Shown here piece by piece: positions 45,566-55,011 of a stretch of 64,000 nt of DNA. Within the stretch, counting starts at the first letter, position 1. Every line of letters begins with the position of its first letter. The stretch is taken from IMG/VR virus record IMGVR_UViG_3300023278_002893, positions 233,726 through 297,725 of that record, one strand, 5' to 3'. The notes under the pieces are model-generated. The model had not been told where the DNA came from. It ran no database searches and saw only the letters and a program-made list of their open reading frames with translations. The position numbers and the translations under genes were made by a program.

Positions 45566-46450
45566 ATGTTGGTAGCATTTTTTGGAGATACACATGGCAA
45601 TCTAAATATCATGTACGCCATGTCTTTGGCCTGGGAAAAAAGGACAGGCTTCGAGATAGATTTGATTGTACAAGTTGGAGACTTCGGATTCTGGCTCTCA
45701 GAAAATACTGTAGATAAGATGACCGCCAAGCACCGGAAAAGAAATAACGACCGAAGAACACAGGTAGGTGAAGAACAAAGAGCCATTTGCGGGGACTACC
45801 CCGAATACGTGCTGGGAGAACTTACTGCACCCAAGAAAACCCTGGTCATTCGTGGCAACCACGAAGATCAAGGATACCTGATGCTGAGAGAAAGGAAACA
45901 TCAGAAAGAGAATCCCGATGATTACATGAACCGGGCGATTGAAATGGTTCCCAACATCTACTATCTACCTGATGGGCATGTGGTTGATATAGAGGGTGTG
46001 AAATTCGGAGGCCTGGGAGGAAACTTCTCCTATAAGACCTTCCACACTTGGAACTACTGGGACGAACACCGAACGCTTCGTTCAAAGCGGCACGGGGGTG
46101 AGCAACGTCGCCTGAACCATTTTACACGAGATCGTTGGGAAATGCTGTCTCGTAGAAAGATGGATGTCCTGCTCCTCCATGATGCTCCCAGTGGTATCGG
46201 AGTTGTAGGTGCTTCGTCCTTGAAGGGTAAGATGCCTGAGGACGAGATGACCAGCCTTATATACGGGTCGTGTGGTAGCCCTCAGCTACTAGAGCTGATC
46301 GAAGCAATAGCCCCCAAGCATGTCTATTGCGGACATTGGCATCAGTTTCGAAAAGCGAAGTTCGGAGAAACTCACACCACTGTGTTGAATCTAACAGGTA
46401 ACCCTCCCACAGAAGATTGTATGGAGGTAATAGAACTATGCCCCGAGTAG
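45566..46450 (+). CDS. calcineurin-like metallophosphoesterase
   Basis: GDTHG, VGDFG, RGNHE, LLHDAP, YCGHWH. Confidence 0.9.
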   Translation: MLVAFFGDTHGNLNIMYAMSLAWEKRTGFEIDLIVQVGDFGFWLSENTVDKMTAKHRKRNNDRRTQVGEEQRAICGDYPEYVLGELTAPKKTLVIRGNHEDQGYLMLRERKHQKENPDDYMNRAIEMVPNIYYLPDGHVVDIEGVKFGGLGGNFSYKTFHTWNYWDEHRTLRSKRHGGEQRRLNHFTRDRWEMLSRRKMDVLLLHDAPSGIGVVGASSLKGKMPEDEMTSLIYGSCGSPQLLELIEAIAPKHVYCGHWHQFRKAKFGETHTTVLNLTGNPPTEDCMEVIELCPE

Positions 46451-47196
46451 ATTTGGGAGACGTCTTCGACTTCCCCACCATTTCCGATACCGAACTCGCG
46501 GCAGGTTTGTTGGATCCCATCGGCCTTCCGGAAATAAATCTTACGGAAGAAGATACAGTAAATCTGGACATCCCACTTTTAGAGTTGAGTGAGGATGAGT
46601 GGATAACTGAACTAGATGATGCGTTCCAAGATATATTTATCCCAACCACCGTGATAACCAGAGGGGTTGGATACTGCGAGAATGATAAGTGCTCTGATTA
46701 TGGTAAGGGTAGCTTCTTGTTCATGCATGAGGGTAACACTTTCACCTGTGTTACCTGTAATAAAACAAGCGACCATGTGTTATCGGAAAGAGGTATCCCG
46801 GAAAGGGAAGGTAACATCCCTTTTGCTACTGTTCGTATAGAATACGCATACGCGCCTGCTCGCCGTGAATACACAGAGATAGCTGTGCTCACCGACGAGG
46901 GATATAATGGACCGAGTGGTACTTATACAGTCCAAAATCCTTTATGTAAGACTTCCGAGCGCGCGTTCAAAATTGCCGAAACTCACCTATCCATAATAAA
47001 CCAAACGGGAGCATTCAGCGACGATGATTTGTCCGAAGTTCCGAAGTGTCATGAGATCCTCCTCAGTTTCGATAAACCGATCGTTGAACTAAGGAAAGAT
47101 CTGGAAAGACTAGAACGAAGATTAAGTAGTACACCTTTCCTCCAGAAAGAATTAGTAGTTTCAGATTTCATTGAAGTGGAATCTGACCCAAAATAA
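46438..47196 (+). CDS. Zn-binding protein, paralog of 33968..34633, with acidic N-terminus
   Basis: VGYCENDKC...KGSFL...CVTC...ERG; KTSERAFKIAE; LLSFD. Confidence 0.75.
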   Translation: MPRVDLGDVFDFPTISDTELAAGLLDPIGLPEINLTEEDTVNLDIPLLELSEDEWITELDDAFQDIFIPTTVITRGVGYCENDKCSDYGKGSFLFMHEGNTFTCVTCNKTSDHVLSERGIPEREGNIPFATVRIEYAYAPARREYTEIAVLTDEGYNGPSGTYTVQNPLCKTSERAFKIAETHLSIINQTGAFSDDDLSEVPKCHEILLSFDKPIVELRKDLERLERRLSSTPFLQKELVVSDFIEVESDPK

Positions 47197-47211
47197 GAAG
47201 AGGAGAAGCAC

Positions 47212-47613
47212 GTGGATCAAAATCGAGTAGTGCTGGCAGGACGATTGACGCGCGCGGCGGAGTTTCACCCCCCAGGACAAGTAGGACAAGCCCACTGCAC
47301 ATTCACACTTGCTATCAATAGAGTGGTAGTAGATAAGGGTGGTCCAAAAGCAGATTTCATTCCCTGTTCTTTGTGGGGTGACGCTGCCCAGAAATTCGTT
47401 GAGGAGCGTGCGAAGGGCGATTCGGTTGGTGTAATAGGAAGACTTAGGGCCAATTCCGTACTACAACCTGATGGGAAAAATCGCTGCTTCTTCGAAATCA
47501 GAGTAGAGGAATTTTCGAGTGGGTGCAAGTCCTTGAAGAATCTCCAGCCCGCCCCAAAGGCGACTACCGCAACTAAAGCAGTAAGTTTGCTTCAGAAAGA
47601 ATTCACCCCATGA
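47212..47613 (+). CDS. ssb: single-stranded DNA-binding protein (third OB-fold gene)
   Basis: NRVVLAGRLTR...FTLAINR...ADFIPCSLWG...KGDSVGVIGRL; basic tail. Confidence 0.85.
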   Translation: MDQNRVVLAGRLTRAAEFHPPGQVGQAHCTFTLAINRVVVDKGGPKADFIPCSLWGDAAQKFVEERAKGDSVGVIGRLRANSVLQPDGKNRCFFEIRVEEFSSGCKSLKNLQPAPKATTATKAVSLLQKEFTP

Positions 47614-48545
47614 GCAATAAATCTCAGTCGAAATCTGAACGCACGGAGGCGATTTCGCCCGAAGATCTTCTAGACGCCGCTTTTACAGAGGCCGATCTGA
47701 GAGAACTACACAGCATCAAACACGAGTTAGGTACCTGTGTGAGGTGGGGTACTCTGGTTGCACAAATTTTTACTTCCCTGCGAATTGGAGTAGATACTCT
47801 GGTTTTTCTGGAACATCCAGGTCAAAACCCGGCTGCAGTAAAAGTGAATCCCTATGAATCTTTATTTCCAATTGATCAGGAAAAGATCAACGGCCCCTCG
47901 AAGAAATCCAAGATGTGTAGAGAGTATGTACTGCTACATATAATAAAGAAGCTCCTCGGGGCACTGAAGACACACGTAAATCAAAAATTGGCTGAGTTCG
48001 ATGTAGTTGATGCGGAGACTGAAGGGCAACTTCGAGATCTCCTCGCCGAGAGCTACATCGCCAATGCCTACGACAGTGCTGATGAAGAGGAGATGGATCT
48101 CGTGGCCAGTACCGACGGCGAAATACCCATACCCAGTGAAGAATGCGTACACGACGACAGCAGTTTTCACGGAGTATCTGCCGAAGAGTCCGAATCGGGT
48201 AAAGACGAACTTCACAGGTTTTGTAGAACCTGCAACACTTGGCTTAGCAGACAGGTCTTGAAGAATAGGCTCAGTGATCAGTCTCGCTTCCGACAGAAAC
48301 GGAGAAAGCGGGAGTGTAGTCATCAAGGTGAGTGGGTAGAAGGTGGGGAGGGAAAAACAGCAATCTGCTCCAACTGCAAGGAGACAATCTCGAACCCTAG
48401 CGAATATAGTTGGGTGAAGGCGGGGTTGGAACCCTTTGGAGACGATCCTGATCAAGATGAGATTATGGAAATCCCGGTCGGACAATCGAGACGGGAGATC
48501 TCAGCAACAGTTAGAGCTAACGCTGCAACGAAGGAGTCGGTGTGA
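47610..48545 (+). CDS. hypothetical protein with C-terminal Cys/His motifs
   Basis: ATGA overlaps; CVH...FCRTC; CSH...CSNC. Confidence 0.7.
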   Translation: MSNKSQSKSERTEAISPEDLLDAAFTEADLRELHSIKHELGTCVRWGTLVAQIFTSLRIGVDTLVFLEHPGQNPAAVKVNPYESLFPIDQEKINGPSKKSKMCREYVLLHIIKKLLGALKTHVNQKLAEFDVVDAETEGQLRDLLAESYIANAYDSADEEEMDLVASTDGEIPIPSEECVHDDSSFHGVSAEESESGKDELHRFCRTCNTWLSRQVLKNRLSDQSRFRQKRRKRECSHQGEWVEGGEGKTAICSNCKETISNPSEYSWVKAGLEPFGDDPDQDEIMEIPVGQSRREISATVRANAATKESV

Positions 48546-48976
48546 GGGTACTAATCGTAGAGGATAACGTTGCGCTGATCCCTGAATATCTGAGAATCTT
48601 CAAGGAAATACTAGGAGATGGCGATACTTATACTCACGTTGCGTCCGTCCACGACGCCATCGAGTCGCTTTTCGAAGAAAATTGGGATGTCATCTTAGTC
48701 GATACTGATCTTGGAGTCGCTGGAAAATTCAAGAGTGGAATTGAGGGAGGGGACGAGTTAACTCTGAGGAATGGTTATGATTTGGTCAGATTCAGACGTC
48801 GGGTAGAACAATTGGAATCAGACCGCATCGTTCCTGCCAAGATTATTGGGTTAGCACCCAATCGGTCAGCTTTGCCTGCTTTTGACACAGTTGGAACCAA
48901 CCATCGACTCTTCAAGTTGGATATCCCTGGAATTGCCAAACAGATCCGCGCATACTCCGACGAAGTACAGGCCTAG
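48542..48976 (+). CDS. CheY-like receiver domain protein
   Basis: MRVLIVEDN...DVILVDTDL...NGYDLVR...AKIIGL. Confidence 0.75.
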   Translation: MRVLIVEDNVALIPEYLRIFKEILGDGDTYTHVASVHDAIESLFEENWDVILVDTDLGVAGKFKSGIEGGDELTLRNGYDLVRFRRRVEQLESDRIVPAKIIGLAPNRSALPAFDTVGTNHRLFKLDIPGIAKQIRAYSDEVQA

Positions 48977-48986
48977 GGAGAAGACC

Positions 48987-49271
48987 GTGAATGACGTGAT
49001 TGAGACTACAGGTATAGTCGTGGATGTCCTGGGTAGCAACAATTACCGGGTGGAAGTAGGTCCCGACGATGCTAGTAAGAGAACGATTCTCTGTTACCTG
49101 GGTGGCCGGATGCGCAGATATCGAATCAATATTCTTCCCGGTGATGAAGTAACAATCACGACATCCCCTCCGTTTGAACGAGGAAGGATCACCTACCGCG
49201 GAAAGAAGTTGGATCGGACAGAAAAGTCCGGGAAGCGTCCCAAGGGACGTGGTGCCCGGAGGAGAAGGTAA
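48987..49271 (+). CDS. infA: translation initiation factor IF-1
   Basis: DVIETTGIVVDVL...ILCYLGGRMRRYRINILPGDEV...RGRITYR; GTG start after GGGAG. Confidence 0.9.
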   Translation: MNDVIETTGIVVDVLGSNNYRVEVGPDDASKRTILCYLGGRMRRYRINILPGDEVTITTSPPFERGRITYRGKKLDRTEKSGKRPKGRGARRRR

Positions 49272-49282
49272 TACTTAGTTGC

Positions 49283-49367
49283 GGGGAAGTGGTGAAATTG
49301 GCAGACACGCGGGATTCAAGATGCCGTGCCTTCGGGCGTGAGGGTTCGACTCCCTCCTTCCCCACCA
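49283..49367 (+). tRNA. tRNA-Leu(CAA)
   Basis: GGGGAAG/CTTCCCC; TTCAAGA loop; variable arm GCC-TTCG-GGC; CCA; one G.G mismatch in the anticodon stem. Confidence 0.9.
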
Positions 49368-49607
49368 AGCAAAGGAGAAGACATGACAGTTGAAGAAATG
49401 CGAGAGAAAACAGTGGGCCTGAAGTCCGCCGACCGGCTCGCCGGGGCAGCTGATCTTTGGAATGTAACTGCCGAGATCTGTGAGAGATTGGAAGCCATTC
49501 AGAAACGCCTGGATGAACCCATGAACGTATATACGAAATCCGATCCGGGGATAACAGAGTAGAGGATTTTTTTTTGGGTAATCATTTACCCAGGAGAAAG
49601 AAAAGAA

Positions 49608-50033
49608 ATGCCGAAAGTATTCGTGTACGGAACCCTTCGTAAGGGTGATTGTCGAAACCGCATGCTCGTCGAGGCGACCTGCGTTGCCGCCGAAGCCTAT
49701 CTCGACGGATTTGATCTGCTCGACATGGGATCCTTTCCAGGAATCGTTCCCACCGAGTCCGCATCTGTCACTCGCGTGAGGGGGGAAGTCTATGATGTCT
49801 CCGACGATCTGCTCGCCGATCTCGATGTAGTGGAGGGTTTCCAGGAAGATCGACCAGATGATTCTTTGTACCTTCGACAAGAAGTGACTGTCAAGATCTT
49901 CGGCAGTGAGGATATCGAAGTCCTTACCTACATTTACAATGAAAGAAGATATCGACGACACGATCGTCACAACATCATCGAGTCGGGTGACTGGTTCGAT
50001 ACCAAAGCACAGCCGCCACCGCCCAACTTCTAG
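49608..50033 (+). CDS. gamma-glutamylcyclotransferase (AIG2-like)
   Basis: VFVYGTLRKG...FPGIV...VRGEVY...LDVVEG...LYLR. Confidence 0.9.
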   Translation: MPKVFVYGTLRKGDCRNRMLVEATCVAAEAYLDGFDLLDMGSFPGIVPTESASVTRVRGEVYDVSDDLLADLDVVEGFQEDRPDDSLYLRQEVTVKIFGSEDIEVLTYIYNERRYRRHDRHNIIESGDWFDTKAQPPPPNF

Positions 50034-50148
50034 AGGTAGATTTTATATACGAGGGCACCGTCGCGTTCGGGCTACCAGACTACGGGGGATCGTCTCACGT
50101 TAGAGTCTGGAAATACTTAGACCGTTAGTTGAAGGAGTAGTTTCCATT

Positions 50149-50952
50149 ATGGGTGCCAAAGTAAAGGACGAAACACCAAAGACCAAGTTCGGTGGTGATT
50201 ACAAGACAGCTCAGATCTACAGCATGGGGTATGAGTTCGCATTCATGTCTCAGAAGCGAAAGGGTGCGGTCTATGAACAGGCCACCCCCATGGTGTATTG
50301 CAAGGACTTCCTCCACGACGCTCTCTGGGCTTTCATCAACCAGACGAATTGGCAGATCCACAGCTTCAAGTACAACTACGGGAAGAACCCGCCCTTGATG
50401 CTCGACCATACCGCGCTCGCCTTCCAGAACACCCAGTTCAAGGGTAATGAAGACGAGTTCCATGGGAAGATGGACGCGTGTTTGGAATTCCTTCGTCTCT
50501 GTGAGCGTCAGTTGAACCTGCGCCCCTCGGAGATCCACCAGGTCGAAAACAAGAACGGTCCGTGTTGGTTGGTGCTTGGTGACGCGGGATGGCAGCATTC
50601 CCCCACCATGATTTCCCTCTACACGCTCTTCATCCGACTAGGCTGCTTCCACACGCCAGGAGCTAAGCTCGAAGATACGTTGAAGTTGGCAAAGTCAGGG
50701 AAGATCAAGATCGGTCAGTCCGGCTATGCAGGCAACAACGACGGGAGCTACGTCAAGCAGGGTTGGAAGGGGATCGAATTGATCTTGAAGCACGGGATGG
50801 GTATCTGGCATCCTAAGCAGGCGGACAACTACCCAATGTCTCTCAGGGATGCCGGGCTTCATGACAACTACGGGATCGTCAACTTCACCGCCAAACGTCC
50901 CCTGGAAACGATGCCACACTGGTACCGTAAGGAAATCTGGGGCAAAAAGTAA
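50149..50952 (+). CDS. unknown protein of the ligase cluster, paralog A
   Basis: Shares FAxxSxKxKG, C(K/R)D and GDxxWQxxPxxxSxYxLxIR with 53382..54284. Confidence 0.75.
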   Translation: MGAKVKDETPKTKFGGDYKTAQIYSMGYEFAFMSQKRKGAVYEQATPMVYCKDFLHDALWAFINQTNWQIHSFKYNYGKNPPLMLDHTALAFQNTQFKGNEDEFHGKMDACLEFLRLCERQLNLRPSEIHQVENKNGPCWLVLGDAGWQHSPTMISLYTLFIRLGCFHTPGAKLEDTLKLAKSGKIKIGQSGYAGNNDGSYVKQGWKGIELILKHGMGIWHPKQADNYPMSLRDAGLHDNYGIVNFTAKRPLETMPHWYRKEIWGKK

Positions 50953-50962
50953 GGAGAGATCG

Positions 50963-51859
50963 ATGGAAGGGTGTTTCGTCGCCGGGGCCGACCCCGAGCT
51001 GATGCTGGTAGATGCGCAGGGAGTTCTAGTTAGTGCCATTGGGATCGTCCCGGGAACCAAAGAAGATCCCCATCCCCTGACTTGTGGGGCGGTACAACAT
51101 GACAATGTCCTGGGCGAGTTCAATGTCAATCCTTCGGAAACCAGTGAAGAACTGGTACACAATTTTCGGGAAGTCCTACGGGAACTCTCGGAGATGATAG
51201 CTCCTCTGTCTTTGGTGGCCAGAGCCAGTGCCGAATACCCAAAGTCTGCATTGGAAGATGACGTGGCTAAGATCTTCGGATGCGATCCAGACTTCAATGC
51301 CTGGACCATGATGAGGAACTCCGTCGACGGCACTGCTGCCATGAAGAGATTCCGATCTGCCGGAGGTCACTTCCATGTGGGAATGGCCGACTCGACCAGG
51401 GAGATGCTCGCCGATCCTTACGGAAAAGTCGAGGTCGTGAAGATGATGGATATCTTCATGGGTATTCCCAGTGTCCTTATCGACGACGACCCGACCGCCC
51501 CTGCTCGAAGGAAGCTCTATGGAGGAGCGGGCGCCCACCGACCCAAGGACTACGGAGTGGAATACCGAGCCTTGGGCAACTTCTGGGTCAGATCGCCCGA
51601 TCTCGTGGAGCTGATGTACGAGCTAGCCAATGTAGCGGTGTCTCTGACTCTGGACGGAAAAAGCAGCGAGATTATCGAGGCAGTGAGTGAAGAAACCGCT
51701 CAGCAGGTAATCAACAAATCCGATCGCTCCGTGGCGGGAAAGATCGTTGAGAATCATCTGAAGAAATGGATCGATTCCACGATCTACCAATGTCTCGTCT
51801 CTAAGTCACCAATCGCTAACATAAAGGGACTAACCTTGAAAGAGGCCTGGGGAATCTAG
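50963..51859 (+). CDS. phiEco32-like COOH-NH2 ligase type 2 (glutamine-synthetase-like fold)
   Basis: GADPELM, QHDNVLGEFNV, FGCDPDFNAW, RSAGGHFHVG, YGGAGAHRPKDYGVEYRALGNFW. Confidence 0.9.
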   Translation: MEGCFVAGADPELMLVDAQGVLVSAIGIVPGTKEDPHPLTCGAVQHDNVLGEFNVNPSETSEELVHNFREVLRELSEMIAPLSLVARASAEYPKSALEDDVAKIFGCDPDFNAWTMMRNSVDGTAAMKRFRSAGGHFHVGMADSTREMLADPYGKVEVVKMMDIFMGIPSVLIDDDPTAPARRKLYGGAGAHRPKDYGVEYRALGNFWVRSPDLVELMYELANVAVSLTLDGKSSEIIEAVSEETAQQVINKSDRSVAGKIVENHLKKWIDSTIYQCLVSKSPIANIKGLTLKEAWGI

Positions 51860-52761
51860 TGCAACGTTTGTTACCGGGGAATAAAAAGGCTCGTCGCGGA
51901 TGGGATGTCGAGATTCCAGACCACCTTTCCTGCGAGATAGGCGACCACGTCGTATATCGCGCAGTTAATCGCCTCGGCGGTGAGCACACGTTCTCAGATA
52001 AAGAAACCGCTCCCGTCAGCACAAGAGTTTGTTACGCCGAGTGTCGGCCGAAATACAACAACTACGATATCGAATGTATGCCCCACAATATGAAGAAGAG
52101 AGGTGTTATCACAATCGACGATGTGATTACCTTCTTCAATTACTTCGATGCTCTGGAAATGCTTCCAGAAGGGATTGAAATGTGGGAGAAAGCTCCCGGA
52201 TCAGGAACTCACATCCTCATCAAGGCTGACTCGAAGACCAATCCCCACTACTATTACGTCGCCCTGACTTTGTATCGGTGGGTGGATTCCCATCCCGTAC
52301 TGGTTTGGAAATTCTTGAGACTTATGGAATCCAATCCCGAACTCCACCCCATGCAGGTGCTACCCCATCTGATCGAGAAGTATATCAACAATAGTAATCA
52401 CAGCTTCATCGAAGTAGGGCTAGCATATACAGCCGCTATCAATCCTCTATCGGGACTGTCGGCCAAATTATACTTCGATTCGTCCTCTAAGTTTGGTAAG
52501 AAAGCGCTGGCCGAACCAACGAAGTATGTCCTCGATGGCATCAAAGAGATATGTGAGAAGATAACTCCCATGATCAAGCTCAAGGTACCTGTGAGTAAAC
52601 ATCCCTGGTCTCCTACTTACACCACAGAACCGCTATACGTGTTAGAACAGGGTGTAGATTGTCTAAGCCCTGTACTGACCGAGTTGTACAATCTCACCAA
52701 CCCAAACAAGAAAACAATCGTGGAGTTTCTAGAAGAAAACTTCACCAAGGAGCGAAGGTAA
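51859..52761 (+). CDS. unknown protein of the ligase cluster
   Basis: TAGTG coupling to the ligase gene; 300 aa. Confidence 0.7.
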   Translation: MQRLLPGNKKARRGWDVEIPDHLSCEIGDHVVYRAVNRLGGEHTFSDKETAPVSTRVCYAECRPKYNNYDIECMPHNMKKRGVITIDDVITFFNYFDALEMLPEGIEMWEKAPGSGTHILIKADSKTNPHYYYVALTLYRWVDSHPVLVWKFLRLMESNPELHPMQVLPHLIEKYINNSNHSFIEVGLAYTAAINPLSGLSAKLYFDSSSKFGKKALAEPTKYVLDGIKEICEKITPMIKLKVPVSKHPWSPTYTTEPLYVLEQGVDCLSPVLTELYNLTNPNKKTIVEFLEENFTKERR

Positions 52762-52764
52762 GCA

Positions 52765-53469
52765 ATGCTGATTTACGTCGAGGATGATTACGATGGACAA
52801 TACGGAACTTTTTGGTCGGAACTCGGCGAAATCATTCGCGATCCCGCGATCTTCAAGGCCCGCCCTCAAGACTTCGGACTAGTCTGCTTCACGGGTGGTT
52901 CCGATGTGAGCCCCGAACTGTATGACCACCAGAATCTGGGCAGTCACAACAGCCTCTCCCGCGACAAGACGGAGATGCGAGTCTACGAGCTGGCGTTGGA
53001 ACATGGAATCCCCATGACCGGCATCTGCCGGGGCAGCCAGTTCCTGAATGTCCAGATGGGCGGAACCATGGTTCAGGATCTAGGCGCGAGCCACGGTGGT
53101 AGCCCGCACCTCGCACTGACCATCCAAGCCGACGATGACGTCCGGGACATGCAGGTTACCAGTTCTCATCATCAGATGAGTGTGTTGGGTGAAGGAGGAA
53201 TCCTGCTGGCCCACTCCGAGATCTCGATCCCTTGGGACGCTTGTGCGTACGACGGAGAATTCCCGGCTGGAGCAGAGTGCCTGCTCGACGAACGCGGTGA
53301 CGATCCGGAGAAGCGCATCTACATGACCGAAGCCTTCGCCTATCCCGAAGCCAGGATCTTTGCCGTCCAGCATCATCCCGAATGGCAGGATGTCAGTTGC
53401 AAAGCGGCTCAATGGACTCTTCGCAAGATTCGCGAGATTTGTCTGGGAGAAAAAGAAGCAGCGGTTTGA
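52765..53469 (+). CDS. class-I glutamine amidotransferase / peptidase C26-like
   Basis: FTGGSDVSP, GICRGSQFLNV (nucleophile Cys), SHHQ, AVQHHPE. Confidence 0.9.
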   Translation: MLIYVEDDYDGQYGTFWSELGEIIRDPAIFKARPQDFGLVCFTGGSDVSPELYDHQNLGSHNSLSRDKTEMRVYELALEHGIPMTGICRGSQFLNVQMGGTMVQDLGASHGGSPHLALTIQADDDVRDMQVTSSHHQMSVLGEGGILLAHSEISIPWDACAYDGEFPAGAECLLDERGDDPEKRIYMTEAFAYPEARIFAVQHHPEWQDVSCKAAQWTLRKIREICLGEKEAAV

Positions 53470-54284
53470 AGACCGTAATAATTCGTTGGTTCCAGCGAAT
53501 AGGTAAAAGACCCAGAACGAAGAGGTGCTACGTGACAGAAGAGACAGAAGTAGATTGGAACGCCGACGGGATTAACGAGTGCGATAGTTATTTCGAGGGG
53601 CCTGTGTTTGCTTGGCTATCCCCCAAGTCGAAAGGTAAGTTGAAACAGGCTCACCAATGGACAAGGTGCCGCGACATCGTCGGGTCGTATTTTTCAGGAG
53701 CCCTAAGAAGCACTTCCACAGAGTATGGGGGCATCGCGTGGAAAAAGAATTACCCGCTGCCCTCTTTTGATCAGACCGTTGTGGGAGTCAAGTTGAACTC
53801 CCAAGACAGCAAGACTTTGACTTACGACTCCAATAACATGGAGACGATCGTCTGGGCAATCGAAGATAAGCTCGGTCTCAAAAGGACTGAACTGATCCCG
53901 ATGGAGAACCCCCAGACCTATCCTGAGGGATGCCAACTCTGGGCATTTGTCGGGGACCCGTTCTGGCAGAAAGCACCTCCACTGCTCAGCATGTACCTTC
54001 TGCTAATCAGAACCACCCCATACCTCGATCCCGACGTCGGCAGCCTGACGAAGATCATCGGACAGAATCTCAGGGAGCGGAATGCTGGCGAAGATTGTCT
54101 CGCCGCTGCTAAGACCACCATCATGCGCATCGTTAAGGAAGGAACGGAAGTCTGGACTGGTGAGCAAGAAGAATACTACACAGGTAGGAAGTTCCAATAC
54201 CTCGGCTTGAAGTACTTCACCGCCCTAAGTCCGCGAGAAAGGAAACACTTCCTAGCCCACGGAAAGCCAGACACGATACTGTAA
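53382..54284 (+). CDS. unknown protein of the ligase cluster, paralog B (true start probably downstream, about 53466-53532)
   Basis: Homology to 50149..50952. Confidence 0.7.
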   Translation: MAGCQLQSGSMDSSQDSRDLSGRKRSSGLKTVIIRWFQRIGKRPRTKRCYVTEETEVDWNADGINECDSYFEGPVFAWLSPKSKGKLKQAHQWTRCRDIVGSYFSGALRSTSTEYGGIAWKKNYPLPSFDQTVVGVKLNSQDSKTLTYDSNNMETIVWAIEDKLGLKRTELIPMENPQTYPEGCQLWAFVGDPFWQKAPPLLSMYLLLIRTTPYLDPDVGSLTKIIGQNLRERNAGEDCLAAAKTTIMRIVKEGTEVWTGEQEEYYTGRKFQYLGLKYFTALSPRERKHFLAHGKPDTIL

Positions 54285-54289
54285 AGTTC

Positions 54290-54318
54290 TTGACATTCGA
54301 GGCCTAATAACGTATCAT
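54290..54318 (+). promoter_or_regulatory. sigma70 promoter heading the tRNA region
   Basis: TTGACA, 17 nt, TATCAT. Confidence 0.8.
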
Positions 54319-54388
54319 TGTATTTCAATCTCCCCCCTAAGGAGTCGGAAATTACCACCCTCCCGGACACGAGTAAAGGAAATAATAT

Positions 54389-54465
54389 GCCCCCTTCGTC
54401 TAATTGGATAAGGCCCTGGTTTTCTAAACCAGTTATTGCAGGTTCGAGTCCTGCAGGGGGTGCCA
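54389..54465 (+). tRNA. tRNA-Arg(TCT)
   Basis: CTGGT-TTTCTAA-ACCAG; GGTTCGAGTCC; CCA. Confidence 0.95.
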
Positions 54466-54493
54466 AATACAAATCCATCCAAAGGAGAAGTAG

Positions 54494-54745
54494 ATGCCGA
54501 AAAATATCAGTAAATGGCATTCTCGTGCGGTCTGCCCCTTCTGTGGTTGGCACACATACGCCCCCTTCGGAAATGTTTTCCACGTACACATCGATTGCTG
54601 CCCAGAATGTGGTCACAAGAAATACGATAGTTTTCTTCGCGACGGAAATAAAGTGTGGTACGTAAAGACCATGCGACGTGTGAATGGCGCGGAACTATGG
54701 AAGCCCAAGACTTGGGGTACCCATCACTGGGAGACAAGGGACTAA
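54494..54745 (+). CDS. Zn-ribbon protein
   Basis: AAGGAG RBS; CPFC...CPEC. Confidence 0.7.
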   Translation: MPKNISKWHSRAVCPFCGWHTYAPFGNVFHVHIDCCPECGHKKYDSFLRDGNKVWYVKTMRRVNGAELWKPKTWGTHHWETRD

Positions 54746-55011
54746 TGAATAAGATACAACGACCGACCGATATCGGAATGACTGGAGTCATGCTCCATCT
54801 GGCCGAATACTTTCTGTCTCAAGCCGTCGATATCCTGGCGCACATCATGATTGCGCCAAGCTCAGCATCCACCGATTGCATTCTCGAAAGAGCAGGGGAC
54901 GCAAACGAGGTATTCACTTTCACCTGGGAATGCTACATCAAACACACGAACTGTGCCTTAGAGACAACCAGCCTTACGTTGGGCGATCTCCACGAGGGAA
55001 AAACGACATGA
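54745..55011 (+). CDS. hypothetical protein
   Basis: TAATG coupling. Confidence 0.55.
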   Translation: MNKIQRPTDIGMTGVMLHLAEYFLSQAVDILAHIMIAPSSASTDCILERAGDANEVFTFTWECYIKHTNCALETTSLTLGDLHEGKTT

